Assembly (NCBI GenBank): GCA_964565875.1
Contig: CAZMGP010000020.1
Location: 2,332 to 66,331 of the forward strand
Source: an uncultured Enterobacteriaceae bacterium
Lineage (GTDB): Bacteria > Pseudomonadota > Gammaproteobacteria > Burkholderiales > SG8-39
Length of the DNA stretch: 64,000 nucleotides
Reading direction: 5' to 3'
Within the stretch, counting starts at the first letter, position 1, and each line of letters starts with the position of its first letter. Positions 29,104 to 38,378 of this stretch are shown here, piece after piece. The notes under the pieces are model-generated. The model was not told the origin of the DNA, made no database searches, and saw only the letters and a list, made by a program, of their open reading frames with translations. A program made the translations under genes and the position numbers.

Positions 29104-30024
29104 TTACTTCTTCCTCGCGCGCGGATGCGCCTGGTCGTAGGCTTTCGCCAGGTATTGGAAGTCCAGATGGGTATACACCTGGGTGGTGGAGATGCTCGAA
29201 TGACCGAGCATCTCCTGCACTGCGCGCAGGTCGCCAGAGGATTGCAGCACGTGGGTGGCGAAGGAATGGCGCAGCACGTGCGGGTGCACGTGCACCGGCA
29301 GCCCGGCGCGCAGGGCCCATCTGGCAAGGCGCGCGCGCACCACACCGGGGGCGATGCGCTCGCCGCGCGCGCCGACGAACAGCGCCGCCTCCTCCGGGCG
29401 CGCGAGCTGCGCGCGCGCCGCGAGCCACGCGGCAATCGCCGCGCGCGCCTTCTCTCCCACCGGCACGCTGCGCGTCTTGCTGCCCTTGCCGGTCACCGTC
29501 ACTTCGGCTTCGCGACGGATCGCGTCGGCATGGGCCAGATCGAGGCTCACCAGTTCCGCCAGCCGCAGGCCGGAGGAATAGGCGAGTTCGAACATCGCCT
29601 TGTCGCGCAGCTCGGGCGCGGTCTCGGCGGGCGCATCCAGCAGCTGGCCGGCGGCTTCGGGAGAGAGCGCCTTGGGCAACCCCTTGGGTGCTTTCGGCGC
29701 GCGCAAGCCCGAACAAGGATTGGTCTTGTAGCCGCGATGGCGCCCGAGCCAGGCGAAGAGCCCCCGCCAGGCGGAAAGCATGTGCGCGATGGTGCGGCCG
29801 GACAGCCCGCGCGCATGCAACTGCGCCACGCTGCGGCGGATGTGGTGCGCCTGCATGCGCTCAAGCGCGAGCCCGGGGTTGAGCTCGAACAGCGTCGCGA
29901 TGTCTTTGGCGTAGTTGTTGCGCGTGCCGGCGGCGAGATGGCGTTGATGCGACAGGTGTTCGAGGTAGCCGGCTAACAGCTCGCGGCGGGGATCGGGCTC
30001 GCTGCGCGCATCGCCCGCGGCCAT
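29104..30024 (-). CDS. xerC: tyrosine recombinase XerC
   Basis: ORF trimmed to the MAAGDARSEP start at 30024. R...HxxR...Y catalytic pattern (LRHSFATHVL, TQVYTH). Conserved dapF-DUF484-xerC synteny. Confidence 0.9.
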   Translation of the reverse strand: MAAGDARSEPDPRRELLAGYLEHLSHQRHLAAGTRNNYAKDIATLFELNPGLALERMQAHHIRRSVAQLHARGLSGRTIAHMLSAWRGLFAWLGRHRGYKTNPCSGLRAPKAPKGLPKALSPEAAGQLLDAPAETAPELRDKAMFELAYSSGLRLAELVSLDLAHADAIRREAEVTVTGKGSKTRSVPVGEKARAAIAAWLAARAQLARPEEAALFVGARGERIAPGVVRARLARWALRAGLPVHVHPHVLRHSFATHVLQSSGDLRAVQEMLGHSSISTTQVYTHLDFQYLAKAYDQAHPRARKK

Positions 30025-30026
30025 GG

Positions 30027-30677
30027 CTACAAGTATCTGGCGAGCGCGGCGCTCGCGAGCTCGCCCAGGCGGGAGAGATAAAGCGTACCCATTTCCGGAT
30101 AGAAGCGCGCAACGTCCTCGCTCGCCAGCGCGAGCATGCCGATGCACGCCTTGTTGCTCCCTGCGAGCCTGATGCAGGCGAGCGAACGCAGCTGATCCGC
30201 GCTTTCGCCGAACCAGGTCGCCACTTCGGCGTTCGCGCTCGGTCCGCACGAAGGGTGCTCCAGCGCCATCGCGTAATCGCGCAGCGCATCGTTCACCGGT
30301 GCGAATTCGGCAGCCGACGCTTCGCCTTCCGCGCCCCAAATGCGCAGCGCCGCGTGCGGCACCGCGAAATCCTCGCGCAAGTTGTAATACAGCGCCTGCA
30401 GCGTGGCCGGCAAGTCGGTCGCCTGGACGAGCGCGAGGCCGAGGCGATGCATCTTTTCGCCGATGGCATCGTTCTCCTCGCCGAACTGGATCAGCTCGGC
30501 GAGCTTCGCCTCGAGCATGCGGCTCTTCTCGCGCAGGGTCAGGATCTGCCGCTCGGCGATCGGGATGGCGCGCCCGCCGTGGGGATGCGGGATGTAGATC
30601 TGCGCCAAAACTTCGGCGTAATCCTCGAAAAAGCTCGGGTTGTCCTGCAGGAAGCGTACGACGTCTTCAGCCTTCAT
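30027..30677 (-). CDS. DUF484 family protein
   Basis: 216-aa ORF. N-terminus [15 protein letters not shown] followed by a GAF-like domain. Classic partner of xerC and dapF. Confidence 0.85.
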   Translation of the reverse strand: MKAEDVVRFLQDNPSFFEDYAEVLAQIYIPHPHGGRAIPIAERQILTLREKSRMLEAKLAELIQFGEENDAIGEKMHRLGLALVQATDLPATLQALYYNLREDFAVPHAALRIWGAEGEASAAEFAPVNDALRDYAMALEHPSCGPSANAEVATWFGESADQLRSLACIRLAGSNKACIGMLALASEDVARFYPEMGTLYLSRLGELASAALARYL

Positions 30678-31506
30678 CGATCTCTATTTCCCCCTCGAAC
30701 ACGGTCACCGCCGGACCGGTCATCCACACCGGATTGTCCCCGCCTTCCCAGCGTATCGTCAAATCGCCGCCGCGTGTGACGACGCGCACGCGCTCATCCA
30801 ACAGGCCGCGGCGAATGCCCGCCACCACTGCCGCGCACGCCCCCGTGCCGCAGGCGAGGGTCTCGCCCGCGCCGCGCTCGTAGACACGCAGCCGTGCCTT
30901 GCTGCGGTCGAGCACCTGCAAGTAGCCGGCGTTCACCCTCTGGGGAAAGCGCGGATGCCGCTCGATCAGCGGCCCCTGCTCTGCAACCGGCGCCGCGTCG
31001 ACGTCGGCGACGATCTGCACCGCATGCGGATTGCCCATCGACACGGCGGTGATTTCGACCGTCCTGCCGCCGACTTCCAGCGGCTGCACCGCGGCGTCGC
31101 TGTCGCTCACGAAGGGGATTCGCCGCGGCTCGAACACCGGCGCGCCCATGTTCACCGTCACCTCACCGTCGGCTTCCAGCCGCGGCGCGATGATCCCGGC
31201 CATGGTCTCGACCCGGATTTCGTCCTTGCCGGTGAGGCCGCGCTCGCGCACGAAGCGCACGAAACAGCGCGCGCCGTTGCCGCATTGCTCCACTTCGCCG
31301 CCGTCGGCGTTGAAAATGCGGTAGCGAAAATCCGTTCCCGCAACACGCGCCGGCTCGACCAGCAGGATCTGGTCGCAACCGACGCCGAAATGCCGGTCGG
31401 CGATGCGCTTGAGCTGCGCGGCAGTCAGCGCGATGCGCCGGCTGACTCCGTCCAACACCACGAAATCGTTGCCGGCACCCTGCATTTTGGTGAAGGCGAG
31501 CTTCAC
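30667..31506 (-). CDS. dapF: diaminopimelate epimerase
   Basis: [23 protein letters not shown] and ACGTGACA active-site Cys motifs. The GTG start at 31506 is preferred; the ORF track extends to GTG 31515. Confidence 0.93.
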   Translation of the reverse strand: MKLAFTKMQGAGNDFVVLDGVSRRIALTAAQLKRIADRHFGVGCDQILLVEPARVAGTDFRYRIFNADGGEVEQCGNGARCFVRFVRERGLTGKDEIRVETMAGIIAPRLEADGEVTVNMGAPVFEPRRIPFVSDSDAAVQPLEVGGRTVEITAVSMGNPHAVQIVADVDAAPVAEQGPLIERHPRFPQRVNAGYLQVLDRSKARLRVYERGAGETLACGTGACAAVVAGIRRGLLDERVRVVTRGGDLTIRWEGGDNPVWMTGPAVTVFEGEIEIDEG

Positions 31507-31607
31507 GGCAGCCACCGCAATCTGAGGGGATATCCCCTGCGGGGACTTGCTTCGCGGCGCATCCGCTCATTCTCCTCTAAATCGGGGGCCATAATTCCGA
31601 AATGGCC

Positions 31608-32123
31608 TCATAGTGTTTTTTCCATCACATAATCGTCCATCATGAAGCCGCCGCCGATGTCAGCCAGCGAGCGCGCGACGATGGCATAGCCGTGTTTTCG
31701 GTAGGCTGCGATGGCATTGACGTTGCCGCGGTTGACGTTCAGCCACACCGAAGCGCACGCGCGCTCCCGCGCCGCGCCCTCCACGCGAGCGAGCAGGCTC
31801 GCGCCGTGGCCATGCCGCTGGAGGTCCTGATGCACGTAGATCTGGCCGAGCTTCATCGCCCGGTCGCCCGTCGCGCGTGCCGCCAGCTGGTATTGCACGA
31901 AGCCGATCATGCCGTCGGCGAGGGCGAGCTTGTCCCACCAACTGTCTTCGCGCGATAGCTGGGCGCGCACCGCCGCGGGCGTGTAGCGCTGCGCCAGCAT
32001 GTATTCGATCTGCTCGCGGCTGATCATGGCCGGATAGTGATGGCGCCAGATGACGCGGGCGAGGCGGATGAGTTCCGCCACGTCGCCCTCGACCAGGGGC
32101 AGGATCTGCGACGACTCATTCAA
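31608..32123 (-). CDS. GNAT family N-acetyltransferase
   Basis: 171-aa ORF with acetyl-CoA binding motif QRHGHGASLL. Confidence 0.8.
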   Translation of the reverse strand: MNESSQILPLVEGDVAELIRLARVIWRHHYPAMISREQIEYMLAQRYTPAAVRAQLSREDSWWDKLALADGMIGFVQYQLAARATGDRAMKLGQIYVHQDLQRHGHGASLLARVEGAARERACASVWLNVNRGNVNAIAAYRKHGYAIVARSLADIGGGFMMDDYVMEKTL

Positions 32124-32535
32124 GGCACAGCCTCTTGTAGTCGCGCATCATGCAGCGGCCCATGACCACCGTCATTCCCGCGGCACGCGCCCGCTCCGCC
32201 GACGGCTGGTGCTCGGCGCCCTCCTGCATCCAGATGTTCTTGATGCCGAGGCGCAGGCATTCGTCCACCAGTTCTGGCACATGCTCTCCCGAGCGAAACA
32301 CGTCGACGATATCGACTGGATTCGGGATGGAGGCGAGATCGGGATAAGCCTTCTCCCCCAGACCTTCGCCGATGCCGGGACGCACCGGCACGATGCGATA
32401 GCCGAAGCGCTGCATGGCGCGGGCGACGCCGTGGCTTGCCCGCCCCGGATCGGGTGAGAAACCGACGACGGCGATGGTTTTCACGCGGCGCAGCAGTGCC
32501 TTGATTTCCTCAGGCGCTGGATTGACGAACGTCAT
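32116..32535 (-). CDS. CoA-binding domain protein (YccU-like)
   Basis: 139-aa ORF with the IAVVGFSPDPGRASH motif. Confidence 0.8.
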   Translation of the reverse strand: MTFVNPAPEEIKALLRRVKTIAVVGFSPDPGRASHGVARAMQRFGYRIVPVRPGIGEGLGEKAYPDLASIPNPVDIVDVFRSGEHVPELVDECLRLGIKNIWMQEGAEHQPSAERARAAGMTVVMGRCMMRDYKRLCLE

Positions 32536-32563
32536 GCTGCGATTCTAACCGCTAACGTGCGGC

Positions 32564-33433
32564 TCAATACCACGACTTCTCCCCGGGCGGCCGCGTCTTG
32601 AAGCGCTTGTGCACCCAGAGATATTGCTCGGGCATTGCGCGCACCTGCTCCTCGAGAAACGCGTTCATGCGCCGGGTGTCCGCCTCGATGCTCGCTCCGG
32701 GATAGTTCTCCCAGGGAGGCAGCAAGCGCACGACATAGCCTTCGCCGCCGGGCAGCATGCGCGTGACGCAAGGCAACACCCGCGCATGCGCGAGGCGCGC
32801 AAGCCGCGACACGCCGGTGATGGTCGCGGCGTTCACACCGAAGAAGGGCACGAAGATGGTGTCGCGCTGACCGTAGTCCATGTCCGGCAGATAGTAGAAC
32901 GGCCTCCCCGCCTGCATCGCGCGCAGCGCCGGGCGCACGCCTTCCTGACGCGAGAGCAGCGACTGTTTGCCGAAGCGCCGGCGCCCCTCGAACAAGCTTC
33001 GGTTGAACACCTGGTTCTTCTGCCTCGCGTAGATCGACACCATGTCGATCTCCAAAGCGAGCCGCGTCCAGCCCATGTCCAGGCCGACGAAATGCGGCGC
33101 AAGAAGAATGAGCGGCGAGCCGCGCAACGTTTCCAGATGCTCGCGCCCTTCGATTTTGACCAAACTGCGAATGCGCTCGGGCGAACTCCACCAGAGGATG
33201 GCGCGCTCGAGAAAGGTGCGCGAAAAAGCGCGGAAATGCCGCCGCGCCAGCGCCTCGCGTTCCGACGGAGAAAGCTCGGGCAGGCAGCGCTCGAGGTTCG
33301 TCAGGCAGACGCGGCGGCGCTCGCTGCCCAGCGCATAGAGCAGCGCACCGAAACCGTTGCCGATCGCGGCGAGTCCGGACAAGGGCAGCAGGCGCAGCAG
33401 CCAGAACAGGGCGAGTCCAACTCGGGTCAGCAT
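32564..33433 (-). CDS. lipid A biosynthesis (Kdo)2-lipid IVA acyltransferase, LpxL/HtrB family
   Basis: 289-aa ORF with an N-terminal TM, the HFVGLD (HX4D-type) motif and the PDMDYG region. Confidence 0.85.
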   Translation of the reverse strand: MLTRVGLALFWLLRLLPLSGLAAIGNGFGALLYALGSERRRVCLTNLERCLPELSPSEREALARRHFRAFSRTFLERAILWWSSPERIRSLVKIEGREHLETLRGSPLILLAPHFVGLDMGWTRLALEIDMVSIYARQKNQVFNRSLFEGRRRFGKQSLLSRQEGVRPALRAMQAGRPFYYLPDMDYGQRDTIFVPFFGVNAATITGVSRLARLAHARVLPCVTRMLPGGEGYVVRLLPPWENYPGASIEADTRRMNAFLEEQVRAMPEQYLWVHKRFKTRPPGEKSWY

Positions 33434-33482
33434 GCTGCGCGCTCGCGCTTGGTGGGAGTCAAAGGACGTCGCATTTTCGAAA

Positions 33483-34334
33483 TCAGGCTGGCGGCTTGGC
33501 GCCGGCCGGCAGCTTGTAGCGGTTGTAGCTCCAGGCGTACTGGCTCGGGCATTGCCGGATTAGTTGTTCCAGCGCGCGATTGAGCCTGCGCGCCGGCGCT
33601 TCCCCCGGCCGCGCCTGCGGCATGTCCGTCAAGCGCAGTGCATAGCCCTGGCCGCACGGCAGGCGCTCGGCATAGGCGAGGATGATCTGTGCCTCCGACG
33701 CTTCGGCGAGTCGCCCGACCAGGGTCATGGTGTAAGCCGGGCGGCCGAAAAACTCCGCCCATTCTCCCTCGCCCACTCCCGGTGCCTGGTCCGGCAGGAT
33801 GCCCACCGCCTCGCCTTTCTTCAAGGCGCGCAATAGCAGGCGCACGCCGCGCAGATCGGCGCTCGCCACGCGCAAGCCCGGGCGTTCGCGGCCGGCGAGC
33901 AGCAGCGGTTCCACCGCCCGTTTCTTAGGCGAGCGGTAGAGCACGGTGATGGGAGCGTCGGCGGGCGCGCGCCAGGCGTAATACTGGGCGGTGATTTCGA
34001 AACAGCCCAGGTGCGGAGTGAGGAAAATGATGCCGCGCCGGCGCGCCAGCGCCGCTTCGACCAATTCCCAGCCGCTCACTTGCACCACCCATGCCGCCAC
34101 CTCCGGCTGCGGGCGCAGCCAGACCGCCGGCAGTTCCAGCAGCCCCTTTCCCGCCTCGGCGATCGCCTCGGCACGCAGTTCGGAGTCCAAATACCCGGCA
34201 GCGCGCAGATTTTCGCGCAGGTAATGGCGATAGCGCGGCGAGGCGACATAAACGATGCGACCGGCGAGCGCACCCAGCCGGTGCAGGAGGGATAGCGGCA
34301 ACCGCGACAGGAGCCGCGCCAGGCTCAACAACAT
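33483..34334 (-). CDS. second LpxL/LpxM-family lipid A late acyltransferase
   Basis: 283-aa paralogue of the previous gene (HLGCFE, LPDQAPG). Confidence 0.8.
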   Translation of the reverse strand: MLLSLARLLSRLPLSLLHRLGALAGRIVYVASPRYRHYLRENLRAAGYLDSELRAEAIAEAGKGLLELPAVWLRPQPEVAAWVVQVSGWELVEAALARRRGIIFLTPHLGCFEITAQYYAWRAPADAPITVLYRSPKKRAVEPLLLAGRERPGLRVASADLRGVRLLLRALKKGEAVGILPDQAPGVGEGEWAEFFGRPAYTMTLVGRLAEASEAQIILAYAERLPCGQGYALRLTDMPQARPGEAPARRLNRALEQLIRQCPSQYAWSYNRYKLPAGAKPPA

Positions 34335-34409
34335 GCTGCTTTGTTTGGGAATTCAGCCAAGGCGTGGTATCCTCACCCACTCTCAAAACAGCCGTGTAGG
34401 TGCAAACTG

Positions 34410-35591
34410 ATGAGCTCGTTTCTGTTCACGTCCGAGTCGGTGTCCGAAGGCCATCCGGATAAAGTCGCCGACCAGATTTCGGATGCGATTCTCGACGCTA
34501 TTCTAGCCCAGGACAATCGCTCCCGCGTCGCCGCGGAAACGCTGGTCAAGGACAATCTGGTCGTCCTCGCCGGCGAAATCACCACCGGCGCGCGCGTCAA
34601 TTTCGACGAAGTTGCGCGCAAGACCATCAAGCGCATCGGCTACAACGATCCCGCGATCGGCTTCGACACCAACACCTGCACCGTGATCGTCGCCTACGGC
34701 GAGCAGTCGCAGAATATCGCGCAGGGCGTGGACGAAGGCCGCGGCCTGGATCTGGATCAGGGCGCCGGCGACCAGGGCCTGATGTTCGGCTACGCCTGCG
34801 ACGAGACGCCGCAACTCATGCCCATGCCTATTTATCTCGCGCACCGCCTGGTCGAGCGTCAGGCCGAAGTCCGCCGCGACGGCAGGCTGCCCTGGCTGCG
34901 GCCGGACGCCAAGTCGCAAGTGACCATGCGTTATGTCGACGGCAGGCCCGACTCCATCGACACAGTGGTGCTTTCCACCCAGCATGCGCCGGGAATCAAG
35001 TACGCGGACATCAACGAAGCAATCATCGAGCAGGTGATCAAGCCGGTGCTGCCGAAGAACCTGGTCAAGGGCGAGATCAAGTACCTGGTAAATCCGACCG
35101 GCGCGTTCGAGATTGGCGGCCCCAAGGGTGACTGCGGCCTCACCGGCCGCAAGATCATCGTCGACACCTATGGCGGCTCGGCGCCGCATGGCGGCGGCGC
35201 GTTCTCGGGCAAGGATCCGTCCAAGGTGGACCGTTCCGCAGCCTACGCCGCGCGCTACGTCGCCAAGAACATTGTCGCCGCGGGCATCGCCAGCAAATGC
35301 CTGGTGCAGGTGTCCTACGCGATCGGCGTCGCAAAACCAACCTCGGTGATGATTACCACCTACGGCAGTGGCAAGCTGTCGGACGACAAGATCGCGGAAC
35401 TGGTGCGTAAGCACTTCGACCTGCGTCCCAAGGGCATCATCCAGATGCTGAACTTGCTGCGGCCGATCTACGAGAAGACCGCCGCCTACGGCCATTTCGG
35501 CCGCGACGAGCCGGAATTCTCCTGGGAGAACACCGACAAGGCAAAGGCTCTGGCAGCCGACGCCGGAATCAAGCAGCGCGTTACGGCTTAA
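34410..35591 (+). CDS. metK: S-adenosylmethionine synthase
   Basis: ORF 34341..35591 trimmed to the [19 protein letters not shown] start at 34410. Confidence 0.96.
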   Translation: MSSFLFTSESVSEGHPDKVADQISDAILDAILAQDNRSRVAAETLVKDNLVVLAGEITTGARVNFDEVARKTIKRIGYNDPAIGFDTNTCTVIVAYGEQSQNIAQGVDEGRGLDLDQGAGDQGLMFGYACDETPQLMPMPIYLAHRLVERQAEVRRDGRLPWLRPDAKSQVTMRYVDGRPDSIDTVVLSTQHAPGIKYADINEAIIEQVIKPVLPKNLVKGEIKYLVNPTGAFEIGGPKGDCGLTGRKIIVDTYGGSAPHGGGAFSGKDPSKVDRSAAYAARYVAKNIVAAGIASKCLVQVSYAIGVAKPTSVMITTYGSGKLSDDKIAELVRKHFDLRPKGIIQMLNLLRPIYEKTAAYGHFGRDEPEFSWENTDKAKALAADAGIKQRVTA

Positions 35592-35612
35592 TTCGCGACG
35601 CGCACTGCGGAC

Positions 35613-35647
35613 AAAAGGCCGGCGGCTCGCCGGCCTTTTGCTTTTTT
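35613..35647 (+). terminator. rho-independent terminator after metK
   Basis: AAAAGGCCGGC-GGCTC-GCCGGCC followed by TTTTGCTTTTTT. Confidence 0.8.
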
Positions 35648-35692
35648 CAGCTCAGGTGGCGCCGCACGCGGCAGTTGCGCTAGAATATCGCC

Positions 35693-35784
35693 CTCCTCGA
35701 GGAGCGTTGCGACGGGCATCACGCCCGCCAGGCTCGAGGTTGCCGCTGGCGAAGAGTTCGCGGCCCAATGCAACGGCGCTCGCG
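35693..35784 (+). promoter_or_regulatory. SAH (S-adenosylhomocysteine) riboswitch in the ahcY leader
   Basis: CTCGAGGAGCGTTGCGAC...GCCAGGCTCGAG...CAACGGCGCTC matches the conserved SAH-element core (GAGGAGCGYUGCRAC / AGGCUCG / AACGGCGCUC pseudoknot partner). A TAGAAT -10-like box lies just upstream at 35681, and the AAGGAG RBS plus ATG 35814 lie downstream. This is the classic beta-proteobacterial ahcY-metF context. Confidence 0.8.
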
Positions 35785-35813
35785 AACTTTTTTCTATATG
35801 AAAGGAGAGCGCG

Positions 35814-37244
35814 ATGAGCGCCGTACCGCATTCCAAGACCTCCACCGATTACAAAGTCGCCGACCTGTCGCTTGCCGACTGGGGACGCAAGGAAATCCGC
35901 ATCGCCGAGACCGAAATGCCCGGTCTGATGGCGATCCGCGAGGAATTCGCCGCGAAGCAGCCGCTGAAAGGCGCACGCATCGCGGGCTCGCTGCACATGA
36001 CCATCCAGACCGCGGTGCTGATCGAGACGCTCAGGGCGCTCGGCGCCGACGTGCGCTGGGCCTCGTGCAACATCTATTCGACCCAGGACCACGCAGCCGC
36101 CGCCATCGCCGCCGGCGGCACGCCGGTGTTCGCGTTCAAAGGCGAGTCGCTCGACGACTACTGGGAATTCACCCACCGCATTTTCGAATGGTCCGACGGC
36201 GGTACGCCCAATATGATTCTGGACGACGGCGGCGACGCGACGCTGCTGGTGCACCTCGGCTGCCGCGCGGAAAAGGATCCTTCGGTGGTGGCCAAGCCCA
36301 CGAACGAAGAAGAGACGGCGCTCTACGCCTCGATCAAGAAGCGCCTGGCTGCCAAACCCGGCTGGTATGCCGCGATCGCGAAGAACATCCGCGGCGTCAC
36401 CGAAGAGACCACCACCGGCGTGCACCGCCTGTATCAGATGGCGAAAGAAGGGCGTCTCTTGTTCCCCGCCATCAACGTCAACGACTCGGTCACCAAATCG
36501 AAGTTCGACAACCTCTACGGCTGCCGCGAATCGTTGGTGGACGGCATCAAGCGCGCCACCGACGTCATGGTCGCGGGCAAGATCGCCGTGGTCTGCGGCT
36601 ACGGCGACGTGGGCAAGGGCTGCGCCCAGGCGCTGCGCGCGCTGTCGGCGCAAGTGTGGGTAACGGAGATCGATCCGATCTGCGCGCTGCAGGCGGCGAT
36701 GGAAGGCTATCGCGTGGTGACAATGGACTATGCCTGCGACAAGGCCGACATCTACGTCACCGCCACCGGCAACGTCAACGTGATCACGCACGCGCACATG
36801 AAAGCGATGAAGGACCAGGCGATCGTGTGCAACATCGGCCACTTCGACTCCGAGATCGACGTCGCCAGCCTGCATCAGTACAAGTGGGAGAACATCAAGC
36901 CGCAGGTCGATCACGTCATTTTCGCAGACGGCAAGCGCATCATTCTCCTGGCGGGCGGGCGGCTGGTGAACCTGGGCTGCGCCATGGGGCATCCCTCCTA
37001 CGTCATGTCCTCGTCCTTCGCCAACCAGACCATGGCGCAGATCGAGATTTGGACCGAGTCGGAGAAGAAATCGAACAAGTACCCGGTCGGCGTATATGTC
37101 CTGCCTAAGCATTTGGACGAAAAGGTCGCGCGGTTGCAGCTGAAGAAATTGAATGCGCAACTCACCGCACTCACCGAGGAGCAGGCGGCCTACATCGGCG
37201 TGCCCAAGGCGGGCCCTTACAAGTCGGACTCGTACCGCTACTAG
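35814..37244 (+). CDS. ahcY: adenosylhomocysteinase
   Basis: 476-aa ORF with full-length AhcY sequence ([26 protein letters not shown]). Confidence 0.97.
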   Translation: MSAVPHSKTSTDYKVADLSLADWGRKEIRIAETEMPGLMAIREEFAAKQPLKGARIAGSLHMTIQTAVLIETLRALGADVRWASCNIYSTQDHAAAAIAAGGTPVFAFKGESLDDYWEFTHRIFEWSDGGTPNMILDDGGDATLLVHLGCRAEKDPSVVAKPTNEEETALYASIKKRLAAKPGWYAAIAKNIRGVTEETTTGVHRLYQMAKEGRLLFPAINVNDSVTKSKFDNLYGCRESLVDGIKRATDVMVAGKIAVVCGYGDVGKGCAQALRALSAQVWVTEIDPICALQAAMEGYRVVTMDYACDKADIYVTATGNVNVITHAHMKAMKDQAIVCNIGHFDSEIDVASLHQYKWENIKPQVDHVIFADGKRIILLAGGRLVNLGCAMGHPSYVMSSSFANQTMAQIEIWTESEKKSNKYPVGVYVLPKHLDEKVARLQLKKLNAQLTALTEEQAAYIGVPKAGPYKSDSYRY

Positions 37245-37298
37245 AGCGGAAGCTCGCGGGGAGCAGGCAGCCCGTCCTGCTTCCCGCTCCTCGCACCC

Positions 37299-38144
37299 AT
37301 GGAATCGCAAAAGAAGTTTCGCCCGGCGTACAGTTTCGAATTCTTCCCGCCGAAAACGCAGGAGGGAATGGAGAAGCTGCGCGCCACCTGGAAGCAGCTG
37401 ATCCAGTTGAAGCCGAGGTTCTTCTCGGTCACCTACGGCGCGGGCGGCTCGACGCGCGACCGCACGCTCGAAGCGGTACTGGAGATCCACCGCGACGGCG
37501 GCATGGCGGCGCCGCATATTTCCTGCATCGGCGCCTCGCGCGCCGACATCGCCGCCACGCTGCGACTGTACCAGTCGCACGGCCTGCGCCATATCGTCGC
37601 CCTGCGCGGCGACCTGCCTTCGGGCTCGGCCAGCGTGGGCGAACTGCGCTACGCGAACGAGCTGGTGGCGTTCATCCGCGAAACCACGGGCGATCATTTC
37701 CAAATCGACGTCGCCTGCTATCCCGAATTCCATCCCCAGGCGCGCAGTGCGCACGAAGACCTGAAATCGTTCAAGCGAAAGATCGATGCCGGCGCGAACG
37801 GCGCGATCACCCAGTATTTCTTCAACGCCGATTCCTACTTCCGCTTCATCGACGACTGCGAGGAACTGGGCATCGACTTGCCCGTCGTGCCGGGGATCAT
37901 GCCCATCGCCAATTTCTCGCAACTCGCGCGCTTTTCGGATGCCTGCGGGGCGGAGATTCCGCGCTGGCTGCGGCTGCGGCTGCAGAGCTACGCCGACGAC
38001 ACGGCCTCGATCCGCAGCCTCGGGCTGGACGTGGTCACCGAGCTGTGCGACCGGCTGCTCGCCGCCGGCGCACCGGGTCTACACTTCTATACGATGAACC
38101 AGGCGGGCTTGGTCTCAACGATATGGCAACGGCTCGGCCTATGA
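37299..38144 (+). CDS. metF: methylenetetrahydrofolate reductase
   Basis: 281-aa ORF with SFEFFPPKT and VTYGAGGSTR motifs. Confidence 0.95.
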   Translation: MESQKKFRPAYSFEFFPPKTQEGMEKLRATWKQLIQLKPRFFSVTYGAGGSTRDRTLEAVLEIHRDGGMAAPHISCIGASRADIAATLRLYQSHGLRHIVALRGDLPSGSASVGELRYANELVAFIRETTGDHFQIDVACYPEFHPQARSAHEDLKSFKRKIDAGANGAITQYFFNADSYFRFIDDCEELGIDLPVVPGIMPIANFSQLARFSDACGAEIPRWLRLRLQSYADDTASIRSLGLDVVTELCDRLLAAGAPGLHFYTMNQAGLVSTIWQRLGL

Positions 38145-38207
38145 GGCCGAACGGATGCCATCCAAACGACGGCGCAACGGCTCGGGCTCTAGCTCCGAAC
38201 GGCTGCC
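38126..38207 (+). repeat. 48-bp-spaced direct repeat duplicating the metF 3' end
   Basis: GCAACGGCTCGGCCTATGAGGCCGAACGGATGCC at 38126 and GCAACGGCTCGGGCTCTAGCTCCGAACGGCTGCC at 38174, 27 of 34 positions identical. The first copy contains the metF stop codon. Confidence 0.7.
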
Positions 38208-38287
38208 CGCCTCAAGCCCGCGCGACACCCACCTGGGGAACCCCTGAACAACTCATGCTTAGCACCATGGCATTGATGCGGTTCCAT

Positions 38288-38352
38288 CCGATGTGGGGGA
38301 TTTACGCCCCGAAGGAAGTCCCCTCGGGGGACAAGGGGGCATCGCCCCCTTG
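38288..38352 (+). repeat. G5/C5 hairpin element related (in inverse orientation) to the spacer of the slmA tandem repeat
   Basis: CCGATGTGGGGGATTT...ACAAGGGGGCATCGCCCCCTTGTT compared with the reverse complement of 19078-19128, CTGATATGGGGGATTCTAAAAGGGGGCGTCGCCCCCTTTTT. This copy carries an extra 27-nt insert (38304-38330) containing its own CCCCGA/TCGGGG stem. Confidence 0.6.
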
Positions 38353-38378
38353 TTCAAACCTTCCTTAGCGGAGCGAGC

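Noticed and set aside
29104-30024. Tyrosine recombinase as a marker of an integrated mobile element.
   Set aside because: The sequence and the conserved dapF-DUF484-xerC arrangement identify it as the chromosomal dimer-resolution recombinase XerC. There is no attachment-site-like repeat, tRNA gene or cargo nearby.
34335-34409. Possible SAM riboswitch in the short metK leader, and possible S-box or SAM-II elements upstream of metY (57743-57879).
   Set aside because: I could not find the conserved cores of the SAM-I, SAM-II or SAM-V motifs by eye. The metK leader is only 75 nt long. Only the ahcY leader shows a recognisable (SAH) element.
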